Assembly (NCBI GenBank): GCA_951406725.2
Contig: OX597815.1
Location: 90,148,001-90,212,000 of the forward strand
Reading direction: 5' to 3'
Length of the DNA: 64,000 nucleotides
From: Octopus vulgaris
Lineage: Eukaryota
Positions 40,860-54,546 of this stretch are shown here, piece after piece; positions within the stretch are counted from its first letter, which is position 1; each line of letters starts with the position of its first letter. The translations under genes were made by a program, and so were the position numbers. The notes beneath the pieces were generated by a model. It had not been told where the DNA came from. It saw nothing but the letters and a program-made list of their open reading frames with translations, and ran no database searches.

Positions 40860-43179
40860 TGTTTTTCATCTTCGGAAAGAGATGGACGCCCGCAGGTGCT
40901 ATATCTGGCACATAGGGCGGGTGCAGAAGCGGTACCTTGTTGCTTTTGGCGAGAAACCCAGCAGTATGGAGAGCACGGTGACTGGGCGCATTATCGTCGT
41001 GAAGAATCTTTTTGTTTGCACTCCAGAGATCTGGTCACTTTTACTCAATGTTGTTACAATCCTTACAATGTTGGATTGTTATAACGCCCACTTCCATATA
41101 CAGTATGCTTAGTAAAAACCTACTGCGTACGCTCTTTATTTATAGGGACTATGTAATTTCATTTGTCACATGGGTGGGGAGTATCATTATTACTAAATCT
41201 CTGCAACATCTCCCCTTTTAAATCTTTCTAAAGAAGTGTTATTTTATTTAGCAGTAATTTTTTATTCACCCCTAACTCCGTTCTTTTGAGATATTTTTTT
41301 TCTACAATGTAATAATCTTTTTTTTTTTTTTGCGCTTGGCATCTATTTTCAGGAACTTCCCTTTCACTTGTACGCATTGGTTCAATCACCTACAATGGCG
41401 TTGGCATTTGGAACGCATCGTACGACTTTTCCATCGGTTCCTCCATATTCTCTGGTTCGCTCTCCATGAATATCTTTTTCAGTCGGTCCCCGTGTCTCTT
41501 TTGTATGCCTTTTCTACTTTTTACTGAATACATCATTTTACCTATGCATTTGGTAATCTTCTCAACTCGGCTTTCCATTCTTGTGTGCCTTTATATACAC
41601 CTTTTCACCAACTTTAAAGAATATTGCTATGGCTTCCCAGGCACTTTTTCTTGTCTTGCCAGGTAGCAATTTTACTTTCTTTGCCAACATCAGCTCCACT
41701 GGTGTATTTGGACTTGGTGTCATAGGGTACACTCTTAAAAATTGTTGTAAATCTAACTCATCCATGACATTCTGACTCGATTTTCTTAGGTCTCATTTGA
41801 AGGCATCGACAAAGCGTTATGCCTGTTCATTAGATCTGGAATGGTATGTCACCGAGGTAATATGTTCTATCGCGAACCTTTCACATAAACAAAATAAATT
41901 CACTAGAAACAAATTGCGTTCTATTTTCAAGCACTATTTTGTCTGGGATGCCAAATCTTGCAAACAATTAGTATAAAAATTTTAATGCAGTTGAGGAGGT
42001 TGGTTTATTACACTTGCAAATTTCAGGTCATTTCGAACAACTATCAACTACCACTATAAGGTTAGGACCAGCGAAATTAATGTGAAGTCTCAACCACAGA
42101 ACTTTTAAATAATGTTTACTTTTTATAATAACCAATTCTTTATTTCGTTTTGGCTTACATACAGGTGTTCCATTCTGTTTTAAGGTATTTTTTTTTGTTT
42201 CAGTCCCTTAGCCACATTGGAACCTTCGATTAGACCGACTATACAAAACATTCATGGGTGTATTCCATACTTTGAATAGTTCTATACTTTGAATAGTTCA
42301 ATTTTCTGACTTTTCTGACGACTTCAGTAATTGTAGCATTTGCGGCTGTATTATTATTATTTTTTTTGTTGTTGCTTCTATTGTTGCTCTTGCAGTTCTA
42401 TCTGTTGTTATTGTTGTATCAGCAGTTGTATCAGCTGTTGTTGTTGTTGTCTAAATCCTCATCGAGTTTATTAATTCCCCGTGAGTTATTTAAATCCACG
42501 TCGCCATTGCTATATCGTTAAAATCTTCGATAGTTATAACGCCTGCTTGGATATACAGTATACGTGATAAAACCAGTAAAAGACATAGCTGTCTCCGACC
42601 GCATACTACGTAATGTTTTTACCAACAGTGACTAGGTTATTTCATTCGTCACGTGGGAGGGGTTACCATTATTACTAATTCCCGACAAGAAATGTCCTCC
42701 CTTAAACCCTTCAAAACGTCATTGATTATCCTCCAACGATCCTCATGCACAAGCTGGTGCATGTTTTCCATACTTTCGGGGGGGGGGGTCGACGCTCGTG
42801 GCAGGTCTTGTACATTGCTCTTCGTCATCCAGGAATGTTCTTCTATTTTTGAAGCACCCGTAGCTCCAGACATAGCGTACAACTCAATACCTCGTCGCTG
42901 TAAGCTTGCCCAAGAATGCTCACTGTCTCTGTAGCAGACTTCCCATGTTTAAAGCAAAATTTAGCGTTATCTCTTTGTTCCATGACAAAAATCGTGAGCT
43001 ATAGCATACACGTGATCACAAGAACACAAATTTCATAACTTGCGTAGTAAACACAGCAGTGTCACTCAGCTCATTACCGCATGAAGGTCACTGTTAGCTC
43101 TCACCTCGCATGCAAATATGAGCTACCATCCGCTGGCCCGTTACAGAACTACTGCGGAAACGTTTTGATACCACCCCTA
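40860..43179 (-). mobile_element. Mariner (DD34D) relic split by a Gypsy insertion
   Basis: TIR-like TAGGGGTGGTATCAAAACGTTTCCG at 43179; EQRDNAKFCFKHGKSATET..QLVHEDR..VLKGLREDI | PDLWSANKKILHDDNAPSH..HPPYVPDIAP. Confidence 0.85.
41052..42690 (-). mobile_element. Internally deleted Gypsy LTR retrotransposon (gag stub + integrase)
   Basis: 5' LTR 42508-42690 and 3' LTR 41052-41208 align; PBS TGGCGACG at 42506; PPT AAAAGGGGAGA at 41209-41219; TSD AATGT at 41047-41051 and 42691-42695; integrase HINFAGP..VVVDSCSK..LFARFGIPD..SNEQA*RFVD. Confidence 0.9.
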
Positions 43180-43549
43180 TTGTCGATTCTACAAACACAC
43201 ACACATACACTCACACCCGCACATATACAAACACACACACACACACGGATGTCTGATGTAAGTACTTACTTATGTATATGTTAATAATGTATGCATATAC
43301 GTAGCATATGCATATATTTCTTTCTATTTATGTATCTAATTAACTACCTTTTCTTTCTCTATATGTATATATATGTGTGTGTGTATGTGTATGCGTGTGT
43401 GTACGCGTGTGTGTATACATATATATTGATATAGATATATATCTCCGTATATATGCCGATAGTTAATTATGTTCCCCTAAATATACATAGATACATAGAT
43501 ATAGAAACATAGGGATATGAACTTACATTTCATGGTAACTATATTCTGA

Positions 43550-44850
43550 CACAATCAATATTCAATTAAAATTTAGTGTATATATTCATACATTTAATCA
43601 TCAGATGAACCCTGTGATTTGTTCTTCACTTTATTGTACTTTGTTATCAATTATTATAACCCACTTTAGATAGTGTTAATATCTCCAAGAATTAATTATT
43701 ATCATAAAATCTGCATTCAATTTTCCTTTCAACACATTTGGTTTTTCACGATCAGTTCCTGAGAGCTTGTCCCAAACATTTCAGGTTACCTAAATGCCGT
43801 TCAACGCTTGATTGATCAAGCAGAACTTCTATAATATTCTACAAAGCACATCGGCTTCATCTCCGGTATGAATTCGCGTGATATTTAAGTTTGTATGATC
43901 GTCACCTCTATAGTTTCATTTGCTATCTTAATCTCTTCACAGAAACGCCATACAGCAGTGTTAAATGGCACATTCAGAAGCGATGCCCAAATGCCGTGTT
44001 TATCTTTATGATCGCTTTAAGTAATTTGGTTTCCAGATTGAATTCATACATCATAAGAAACCTAATTTGCTACCGAACATGGCACTTATAAATCTGTATA
44101 AAAGATAAATTAATTAGATGAAAATGACAATACACTCGATTGATAGAGAAACAGGTCACGTTTTATAGTATACATAATGGAATATTACAAACTATTTGCA
44201 TCAGCGTCTTTGCATCTTCTAAAATTTGACAAATACGTCAAGCATTTTGCATTAATTTAATTATACGTTCTATACTCTGCATATATATTTATGCGTCTAA
44301 AGTTATAATGTGTATTTTATCTTAATAATGTTGTAGTTGTTGTTGATGATATTATCGCTACTGTTATTCATTAAACTAAACAAATGTATGTGAAAAGAAA
44401 GCTAGAATATATGCCACTTTATATATTATTAGTGATCTGAAATATTGTTATAAAAATATTACCAAACTTTACTTAAATATTCATAACGATAATTAGAAAT
44501 ACAAATGTGCATATAATCGTTTAAACTTGCTATCTTTTCTAATAGTCGTATGATAATTATCACTTCACTAAATCACTCCATCTAAAAAGTTAGATATTAT
44601 TGTATATTACTTAAAGGAGGTGTAATTCCAACGTTGTGTACTGTATATTGCTATCGAACAAGTTGTGAATGTGATTATTCGCGTTCAAACGTTGGACCAG
44701 AAATTTTGTCTAAGATTACCAAATTTTGTAAAACATTTTTCCCAAAAACTATTTGAGCTTCATGAGATTTTGAATATTTTCAGTAATATTTCCGTACTTA
44801 AACAGGTGTCACGAATTTTTGCAGAATGGTTTCCAAGTGCAGGTTTTGAA
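43550..44850 (-). mobile_element. Decayed mariner with long upstream non-coding region (copy 2)
   Basis: MMYEFNLETKLLKAIIKINTAFG at ~43985-44053 resembles the mariner HTH start (xYEFKxG..INxAFG). Confidence 0.55.
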
Positions 44851-44964
44851 AATATGTGTATCGCTATGATATAAATGACAGTCTTTCTAGGTAACTGACG
44901 CATGTTGTCAATATTTGACAGATGTTTCAATAGACTTTCACGTTTACTAACTCTTTTTTTTCCT

Positions 44965-45182
44965 CTTTTACTTGTTTCAGTCATTTGACTGTGGCCATGC
45001 TGGAGCCCCGCCTTTAGTCCAGTAAATCGACCCCAGGACTTATTCTTTGTAAGCCTGGAACTTATTCTATCGGTCACTTTTGCCGAACCGCTAAGTTATG
45101 GGGACGTAGACACACCAGCATCGGTTGTCAAGCGATGTTGGGGGGGACAAACACAGACACACAAGTATATACACACACATAC

Positions 45183-45237
<55 letters not shown>

Positions 45238-45392
45238 TACGACATATATACGTCTACCAAACCCACTCACAAGGCTTTGGTCGGCCCAAGGCTATAGTAG
45301 AAGACACTTGCCCAAGGTGCCACGAAGTAAGACTGAACCCAGAACCATGTGGTTCGTAAGCAAGCTACTTACCACACAGCCACTCCTACGAC
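44965..45392 (-). mobile_element. tRNA-SINE family A
   Basis: Near-identical to 11256-11743. Confidence 0.92.
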
Positions 45393-45559
45393 TTGTAAAG
45401 CGAACTTTACTAACTTTAATTAATTATTCTTCAGGAAACAGACCTCTAAATTATGATATCCTGCTTTAAATCATATTTTCCTTATATAGCTTCCTCAGCT
45501 ATACACATATATACCTCTGCTCCTGCATAGAAAGAGAACATAACTATGCTCACGATTTG

Positions 45560-45594
45560 CAGCTATCAATCTACTTATCGTCTGTGTGTGCATC

Positions 45595-45634
<40 letters not shown>

Positions 45635-45890
45635 TGTATACACATACATGTATGTATGCATGCATGTCTGTATGTATATATACCTGGATAACTACATGCA
45701 TGTATGTACTCTCATGCTTACACTTGCATGTCTAGACACGCTCATATATACTTAAATGATAAACTTTTGGAAGTTTTACAGATTTTTACAGTTCCAGTAA
45801 TGAACTGGATCTGTAGTCTTCGAATCAGCTTTCTCATCTCTGCTTTTGAGAAGCTTAAGTTGTCAAGATTGGTATTTAGGCAGTGTGTTA
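45560..45890 (-). mobile_element. Short 3'-end copy of the adjacent RLE element
   Basis: 45725-45890 duplicates 46075-46242; encodes LIRRLQIQFITGTVKICKT. Confidence 0.8.
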
Positions 45891-45970
45891 CATGCATGCA
45901 TGTAAGTATGTATGTATGAATTCATGTATGTCTGCATGTCTGCATGTATGTATGTATGCATGTATGTATG

Positions 45971-46004
<34 letters not shown>

Positions 46005-47480
46005 TGTATGTATGCATGTATATGTTCATATTTGTATGTCTTATTTTGCTTAAGCATTCTTATACATACAGTTGCATTTCTAGAGATCCCATATATACTT
46101 AAATGATAAACTCCTGGAAAGTTTTACAGACTTATATAGTTCCAGTCATGGATTGGATCTGTAGTCTTCGTATCAGCTTTCTCCTGTGTGGTTTTGCGGA
46201 GCCTAATTTCTCAACATTGGTGTTTATGCTGTGTGTTACACATCACAGGGCCCCAAATGTTACAGGTATAAAACTGAATATGTAATATTGACAGAGTAAC
46301 CAGATATATCTCAATTGTTCGGTGTAGGCATCTTTTTTTTCGCTGATATTTAGCTTTATGTTAACATCTGATGGCTAACTTATTTCCACAGCTGTACACA
46401 GTTTCTCTTCTCTAACCCAAATCACTATGTCAGGGCTGTTGTGTTTATATTTTATTGAGGTTTATACTGGGACATTCCACCAATTCTCTTTGAATGTTTG
46501 GGGTATATTTGTTCCTCTTGTTTATCAGGTACCTAGTCAGGTCCATGAGAGGTACAGGTCCATGAGAGGCAAACCCTCTTCTCAGTACTGCTGTTATCCT
46601 ATAGCTAACGGGATAGGTACCCTTGCATTTCTTTTTGCTGGTACGATGCCTGTGTCTTCTCCAAGCTTTTGTTTAGGTAGACCAATCAAGCCCAATTACG
46701 GTCGCACTAGACAGTTGTTTTCTCACTGTACCTAAAAATAGTCGGCCAACACTGAAGAGTATGCATAGAAAACACTTTTCTAGTTTTGATATCCACACTC
46801 AGGGCACGTCAATTGTCCAGTCTAATATTCCAAATGATGGTATTAACACTTCGAATGCTAAAGCATTTTATCTTTTTAAGTGCAGACAGATCTTAATTCC
46901 ATATTTTCCAGAGTCTGCAGAAATACTCTTTTGTATCCAGTTTTTAGTCACAGCCCCAACGTATGCAACATTGTCGTGGATTGCAAGATATTTGTAGATT
47001 TTATCGTTACAGATAAGAGTGATCGACAAGCTATGGATGTGCATGTTCTCTGTCTGTTCTCCGTTGACTGACATGTATGATATTTATCTTGCCCAAATTC
47101 AACTCCTATGTCAAGTGAGAATAAAATGACTAGTTCTAATTGTCACTTGATGATGCCCATGTCATCTGAATATAACTTTAGGTCATGAACAATAGATGTG
47201 TGGGTCATTAACTTTATCGTTTTTTTTGCATTTCTCAGCATACAGCCTTGGTATTTTGTTAACAGAGTGTTCACTGCCATTACAAACAAAATTACTGATA
47301 ACTTATCGCTCTCTTGAAAGCTTAATTCTGTTTGTAACAATAGCTGTGGTTTCAGTAGTTGTCAGTGAACTTTGTGGACAATGATATGGTCAGCCTTTCA
47401 ATGGCATTCCCTGTAGCAGCTGATAATTTGGCGATCTGGTACTATCTGCAACATTTTGTATTAACCAGGAAGATATTATT
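45891..47480 (-). mobile_element. R4/NeSL-like RLE non-LTR element, RT to 3' end, with (ATAC)n tail
   Basis: LSVILFVMAVN..THTSIVHDLKLY; KHNSPDIVIWVREEKLCTAVEIS; FIPVTFGAL; 3' UTR followed by CATA repeats at 45891-46022. Confidence 0.85.
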
Positions 47481-48999
47481 GTCATATGTGAAATTACTAG
47501 GACATAGTACTGTATTTCTTTAAATGTATCATACTGCATATTATATTATAAATATGGACGTAGAGAAAGTAAGAATAAAATATGTCTTTTCAATCACCTG
47601 AAATGGTACCCGAATAACCAATATTCTATCTCCGATAACTCTGTATTTATACATCGTTGCAACTCTCACTGAACTTTACCACAAGGAAAAGTTCCAATAA
47701 AACAACAATCACTTTCATTATTGGTGTTGTTATCAACAACATAATTTCTATTATTTTCATCGTAAAAGAAAGCAGACTTAATATAATTTCCATAAGCTTC
47801 GCCTAAGGATATTTGACTATATACACTACCCCAATATCTGTTCTTGTTCAGTATCTTTAGCACAGTAATCGCCATCATCATCAACAATATGAACATAATT
47901 TTTGTTCATTTTGTCATCTGATCACTTAGTTGCCCAGAAAATATTTTCAGAAAGATACGTGTTTTTTTATAATTCTTGGTACCTTCTCGTTTTCTGTCAC
48001 TACAATGTTGCAGTCTGTTCAGAAATGTTAATAAGTTCGTCTGTTTGAATCGATAATATTATAACCCATGCAACCAAACTTCTTACTCTTACTATTATCA
48101 CTTAAGTTTATCTTTTTCCAGGGTGCATCATATTTTTCTTTCCTGCTTTTTTAAAGAAAATTATCTTTGTTTCTACTTCTCCATTATTTGAATTAAATAC
48201 CAATATACATAATCTTAACGGAGCATCTTTAAAACTGAATAGCCGATGTCTAAATACATGATGTTTAAGTGAGTTTAATCATCAAGTGAACTTAGCTTCT
48301 AAACCTTTGCAATCAGCAGCGTTTACATTATTTGTAATGGTATTTGTCTCTTGACAGTTTTCAATATTGTCGAACTACATACATTCTATATTTGCTGTGT
48401 GGAATAATTGTTTAAATCCTACATTTAGATAGTTAACTTCATTCAAATATTGAATTACCAGGAAAATAAATCGCTACCGGTCACGATTAATGAAATAGCC
48501 TCAAAATACATGATTTCTATTCCCAACGCAGATAACATCAGTGTTCATCAGTTTTACAATGTAGAAAACGTATATTATACAAGCAACCATGTATTTTAAA
48601 TGTACTACACAAATGCATTAACTGACTTAAATGAATTCGAACATGCAACATTTATATACCGTATGCTAAATTGTCTTTATCTCATTTAACCTTTCTTTAT
48701 TCACTTCTAATCCTAAAAGCATGATACAGAAAAAAATTCCTGTTAAGAATCTCAACAACGACCTATTCTCTCTTTCTATGAACAGATATTTTCCTCTTCT
48801 GACAGATAACATTATAAGCATTGCGATGATTGAACTATAGCAACAGCTAACCAAATAGAAACAATATTAGTCATAACAGTAGCAGTATCAGGAAGAACCG
48901 CACCAGTAACAGTAGCATTCAACACGAGGGGGTACAAACAGACGACGTAGTACGATCAAAATGCATAACACGTTAGTAAAATATACGTGACGACGAATA

Positions 49000-50000
49000 G
49001 CGTATTAGGGAACTAATAAACAGTCCGTTAATTTACTTGAGATCAAGATCGATGCAAACTACAGATAAATAGTAAGGACTGGGACGAGGTGAAATGAGTT
49101 GTGAGGAAGTTAAGACTAAAATGTCCTGTAGAGGTAGCAAGAGCATACATCACGTCCGTTTATATCACCGCTGGCCCGTCCTGCATGACAGAGATTTTTT
49201 TCCTGGCAAAATTCGTCTGTTTGTTTCCTTGCGAAAGGGGTGCATTCCATGGGTAAAGCAGTCTCACTCTTTGCGCAAAGTGTGCGTACTTTCTGGCAGG
49301 TTATGTGCACTAAAGTGAGCAAGTAAGTCTTTTCATATATCCATTTATGGAACTTCAGTACAGAGCAAGAGATTACCAAGGCTGAGTGGGATGTTGTCAG
49401 ATGTTTATACTTTCTAATCTGGCAATGTGTTTGGTGAATGATCCAGCGGAACATTCTATAACAGCGTAGTAGTTTAAAAGAGAAATGATATTCTGAGGAA
49501 AATTTTGGTCGTCAATGAGCAACACGGTGTTTGTCTATCCTGAGCAATGATATTTGAAGAACTTATAGAAATCCTTGGATTTGCAGTACTACCGAGAGGT
49601 GCGGGGAACTGCTACTTTTAAATTCTACAACTACGGAAAGGTTGTCAGCTGGATCAGTCCAATTGGAGCGCTGAACGCCGAAAATGTTCTTCGAGATATC
49701 ATTGTTCAGTGACTGAGGTATTTATGTCGAAAAGCTGTCGTGAGTAGGACAGATCCAGCTATTGCTTCTGTCCATCCTCAAGATCGTTTGATCGTCTTCT
49801 TTAGCTGTTAAGGGCAAAAAGGTTCTTCCAACGTTTTTATATAGAGAGAAGCTTATGGTGAATACAGAGGGTAGGGCTGAAGATAAGGAGAGACATTTTC
49901 CACTTCGGTCGAGCACATAATGTTTTTTTATGCTGAAGAAAGTGATACCCTCATTGATTGTTTTGAAATAAGAGAGAGGTGCGAATATGGTGTGATTATA
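49000..50000 (-). mobile_element. Decayed CR1/L2-like RT remnant
   Basis: [12 protein letters not shown] (RPISLTS..KxMER-like) and other weak RT-like remnants. Confidence 0.3.
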
Positions 50001-50010
50001 GGAGCCCACC

Positions 50011-50295
<285 letters not shown>

Positions 50296-50662
50296 TGAAA
50301 GATATCCATTCCCAGATATCACTACACCATTTATATATATATATACCAGTAGGTTTGGAAAGAATTGGTGAGAGAAGGCACTTAGCCAACGTGGTCAACC
50401 TGATCTGTGAAACTTTGGGAAACTTCCTACGTTATTTTTCTTGTTCCTTCTCTTGTTTTTGTGATCCTGTTCACACTCTTTTTACATAAACCCTGTTATA
50501 ACATTGCATCCTGTATTTTGGATAAAATGCTGTAGTGATATCTGTGAATGGGCATAGTGTGTAATCATCGGTGCATGTCTTTGTGATGAGTAAGGGATGA
50601 AGGGATGACGATTTGGTTGGGGTACTTTGTTAGGATAGTAAGACCTTATATAACTCGAATTA

Positions 50663-52860
50663 CACTGGTCAACAACGAATTTGTTCCAAGAAAAAAAATA
50701 CATCTATTTTGTATGTTTTTGCATGCAGAATTCAAAAATAATGTTAAACTACCTGTATCATCCACAGTTTCTCTGTTCCACGATATTGCTGTAAGTTCTT
50801 GTCACGTGGACTACATTTCGGTTAAGCTGTTGAAATGTGAAGCTAGCGGTTTAAGACATGCTCCTAATTTAAATGTTTATGCATAGAATTAACCTAATGA
50901 AATCATAAATCTAGCTATCTGAATCAATGACTCACCGAAGCTTGGCAACAGTCGATTAGTCACCGATGCTTTGTCAGTACTGTGCTTGAAGTGTAAGCTT
51001 GCTGTTTTGCATTAAGTTCATATATTCCATTCAACTTCATAATGCCAAGAAACTGTATAAACATCGCAAGCAAATTTTGCTATACAGAAATCCCTCGCCA
51101 TATCGCGGTACACCTATCGCAGTTTATTATTTAAGCTTACGTCGATTCCTCCGTGGTGTTGTTTACATTAAAAATAAAATAAATATGTACAAATCATAAA
51201 AATAATAAAAAAGAATATAAAGTAAAGTACTGTTTCTACTTCGCGAATTTTCACCTATCGTGGGGTTGGGGTGGAACGTGACGCCCGTGATAGTTGAGGG
51301 ATTACTATATTTGCGGTGACTAAATATTCAAGTCACAAAGACGGCATTTCACACCATTGATTAAAGAGTGCTAAAAGTATTATTTTGACAAATTGAGTGG
51401 CCAGGATCAAAGCTGGGTCCCTTGTGTTTATCGTATAACCAGTGCCAAGATTCACATTGCATGGGCCAATGTTTCACACCATATGCCTTTTGCCATCCCT
51501 ATGATTTGGAGAGATCCCAACGATCACACTTCAGATTGCTACTTCTACACGACGAATATACAAGGTATAATATCAAAATCCCAGTATATACCTAAAATCT
51601 GCTATAAGGGCATTATTTCACAGTCAACACTTATATGTGCCTAATCCTCCAAGAGAAAGGACAGTTACGAAGAGTCAAGGAATGAAAATGTAGAGAAAGA
51701 AACAGAAGACAGGGACTTTGAGCCTAACTGTTCAAGGGAACCACAATTGTTGAGTCAAGAAGATATGAATTATGATGTGCGGGATTTTAACTTGTCCGAA
51801 AAGTAAGCAAAACGTCTTGGTTCCAGGTTAAAGGGCTGGAATCGTCTCCAGAAAGAGAATAAAGTTAATTTTTATTGTGCTCAGAATTGTGATTTTGAAA
51901 TTCTTTCTCACTTGGGGATGGTGTATTCTTTTGTAGTGTTGTATTTTCTGGTATGGAGAAACTTAACCACAAATATGGCACGAATGTGTGGAGTTTGTTT
52001 ATTGACTTCCCAAACTAAGTAAGAAAGCAGTTTTGCTCCACAATGGAAAGGAAGTTCCTTCTGTTGCTCTGGCCCATGCAACTAACATAAAGGAAATATA
52101 TGAGAGTATGAAGCTGTGGCAAAAAATTAAGTATGAGGAATACAAATGGAATATTTGTGGTGATCTAAATTTTGTGGCACATTTACTTGGACCGCAGCTG
52201 GGTTACATCAAGTCTTGTTGCCTTCCTTCTGAATGGGACAATCGGGATAAGAAAAATCATTATGAAAAGAATTTGTGGCCGAAAAGATCTCTGACTCCTG
52301 AACAGAAGAATGTCATCAATTCTCCCCCTTGTAGATTGTGAGAACATTTATCTGCCTCCTTTGCATGAACAATTCCGTCAAAGGTATGGATAGGACTTGC
52401 AAAGAATTCACGTATTTGAAAACTAAATTTCAAGAGTAAGTGACCCAAAAATCAAGGAAGGTATTTTTGCTGGGCCACAGATTAGGGAACTGATGAGAGA
52501 TCAAAAGTTTGATGAAGAGCTCAGTGACGTTGAAAAAGCTACATGGCTGTTATTTAAGAAAGTTTGCTGAGAGTCTGGGTGAGGAAGATGACGAAGTAGA
52601 GAACTATTTTGACACTTTGAAAGAGCTACTGACATTATACAAGGCCTTGGTATGCAATATGAGCCTAAAAATCAATTTCTTGAACTCTCACTTGAAACTT
52701 TTCCCTGCAAATTTTAGGGCTGTCAGGGATGAACACGGAAAGATATTCTGAACATAGAAACCCGGCACGAAGGAAAGTGGAGCAGTTCTATGTTGGCTGA
52801 TTGTTGGTTACTAAGAAGCTAAATACAGTCGAAAATCATAAGCTTCTATGTTTTAAAGAG
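50663..52860 (+). mobile_element. Chapaev3-like (CMC superfamily) DNA transposon relic
   Basis: Starts TTA|CACTGGTCAAC; MPRNCIN..FCY/ICG (ATG 51042); MPFAIPMIWRDPNDHTSDCYF; LLHNG..WNICGDL..EWDNRD; KIKEGIFAGPQIR; CNMSLKINFLNSHL..AVRDEHG; multiple stops and frameshifts; right TIR not seen. Confidence 0.8.
51085..51307. mobile_element. Tigger/pogo-type MITE with TA target duplication
   Basis: TA|CAGAAATCCCTCGCCATATCGCGG ... CCGTGATAGTTGAGGGATTACTA|TA; splits the Chapaev FCY-ICG codons. Confidence 0.8.
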
Positions 52861-54546
52861 TTTCCTTCTGATACTAGCTTGACTTTTGAATTCGATAAAA
52901 ATGGTGGACACCAATGGGAAATATTCTACAATGGTTGCCAAGTTATATGGAGCAAATGAAAATGCTATAAGAAATGTCTGATGTTTTATGCCATGACTAT
53001 GTGCAGTACAGTGATACTTCACAGTCGCATCAGACCACAAATTTTGCAGATAATTTCTTAAATTTTACTTACGTGTAACATCGACCTTGGAAGGACTAAA
53101 CTCAGGTCAATAAATCTTCCAAATTCAATCAATTTAGATGCCCCGAGTCAGGGATGAAGGGAGTGGTTATAGACTCAAAAACCTTTCATCTACATGCCTT
53201 TTGCAACAACAACTACTCTAAAAAAATTCATTTACGTACCTTCTGCCACATCAACGTCAGCAGCACAAGTTCATAACTACATCATTTTTCCGAATTGAGA
53301 ATAGTTAGATGATAGAGTAGAAAAGAAAAGAAACAAAAATTTAATACTTACGGAGAACATTCGATGTGCAGGAATAGTTTCGATCACAAAAATCACCGCC
53401 TATACACACTTGTACAGAACAAACATAGATATTTTAGAAGATTTTCGATATACGTGGAACCAAACACAGAAAAGTAACAATGAAACGGTGAGAAGCATTT
53501 TGGTCATTTCATTCCCATGACTACTATGCCGCATAATGATTTCACATTGACATAGCCCCACAGACGTTATGGAAAATTTATAGTCCTTTGAATGAATCGA
53601 CTCCATCATATAAAAACCTAAGTCATCTTTAGAATTATTAGAACACGGAAATGCGAAGCATTTTTTCAGTGTTCACCCGTCCTCACAATCTAACGTTCAT
53701 ACAACCGTTAATGATATAATCTGCCACAGACAGAAACAAGCAGACGATCAATGCTTAAAACTATTATCTCCAATACCAATGTAAATATATGATTGTCAGA
53801 ATACATGAATAATGACAGATGTTACTACTTAAAATTATTTAATTCAAGTGTCCAAACGATGGTATTGCATGCAGTTTAGTCTGTTATTGATGTGGTCAAT
53901 CTACATAGAAAGCTGCATAAACTAAATTCATATATGAAGACTAAATTCTCTAGTTATATTTAGCGTCACATTTGGTAGAGAGTCCAACCAATTTCGGTGT
54001 TAAAATGTAGATATGACACAGAGTTCATTACACAAACTCTTCCTTTTGCGATGGGTTTCACTGCCACATATTTCAGTGGGTAATATACACAAATCTGAAT
54101 ATTACCTATATCACATTGTTTTCCTTTGAAGTATTTATATTTATGAATAACTGGATGGGTGCTAGTATAAATGCATAATCTCTGAAATCAGACCAGGAAC
54201 AGAGCGTTTCACAGTATCTTATTCTTTAAGCGATCACACCATTTGAAGTTATAACATGTTCTATTTCTAACATGGATAACAGCATCGGAGGTATAGAAAT
54301 TATGTTGGATTTAATTGTTTAATCTGGAAGCTGAAGTCAACCAACAAAAACTAGAAAACTGGAAAAACAATAGGGATTTAATTATTAGCAAAACTCCAAA
54401 ACTATGGAATCTGTGGATCTCTACTGTTGTGTTGTTTATTTGTTAAGTCAAATAAACGGAAATCAGGTAATTTGTACATAATTAACTACACGAGAAGAGG
54501 CCTAGGTTGTCTACAACGAATTCGGCTACCTTTTAAATAAATTCTA

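Noticed and set aside
53060-53609. Minus-strand donor-like sites (CAC|GTAAGT ~53072, AAG|GTACGT ~53239) and a signal-peptide-like MTKMLLTVSLLLFCVWF
   Set aside because: The candidate exon at ~53073-53190 has stops in all frames; could be UTR or lncRNA but needs RNA-seq
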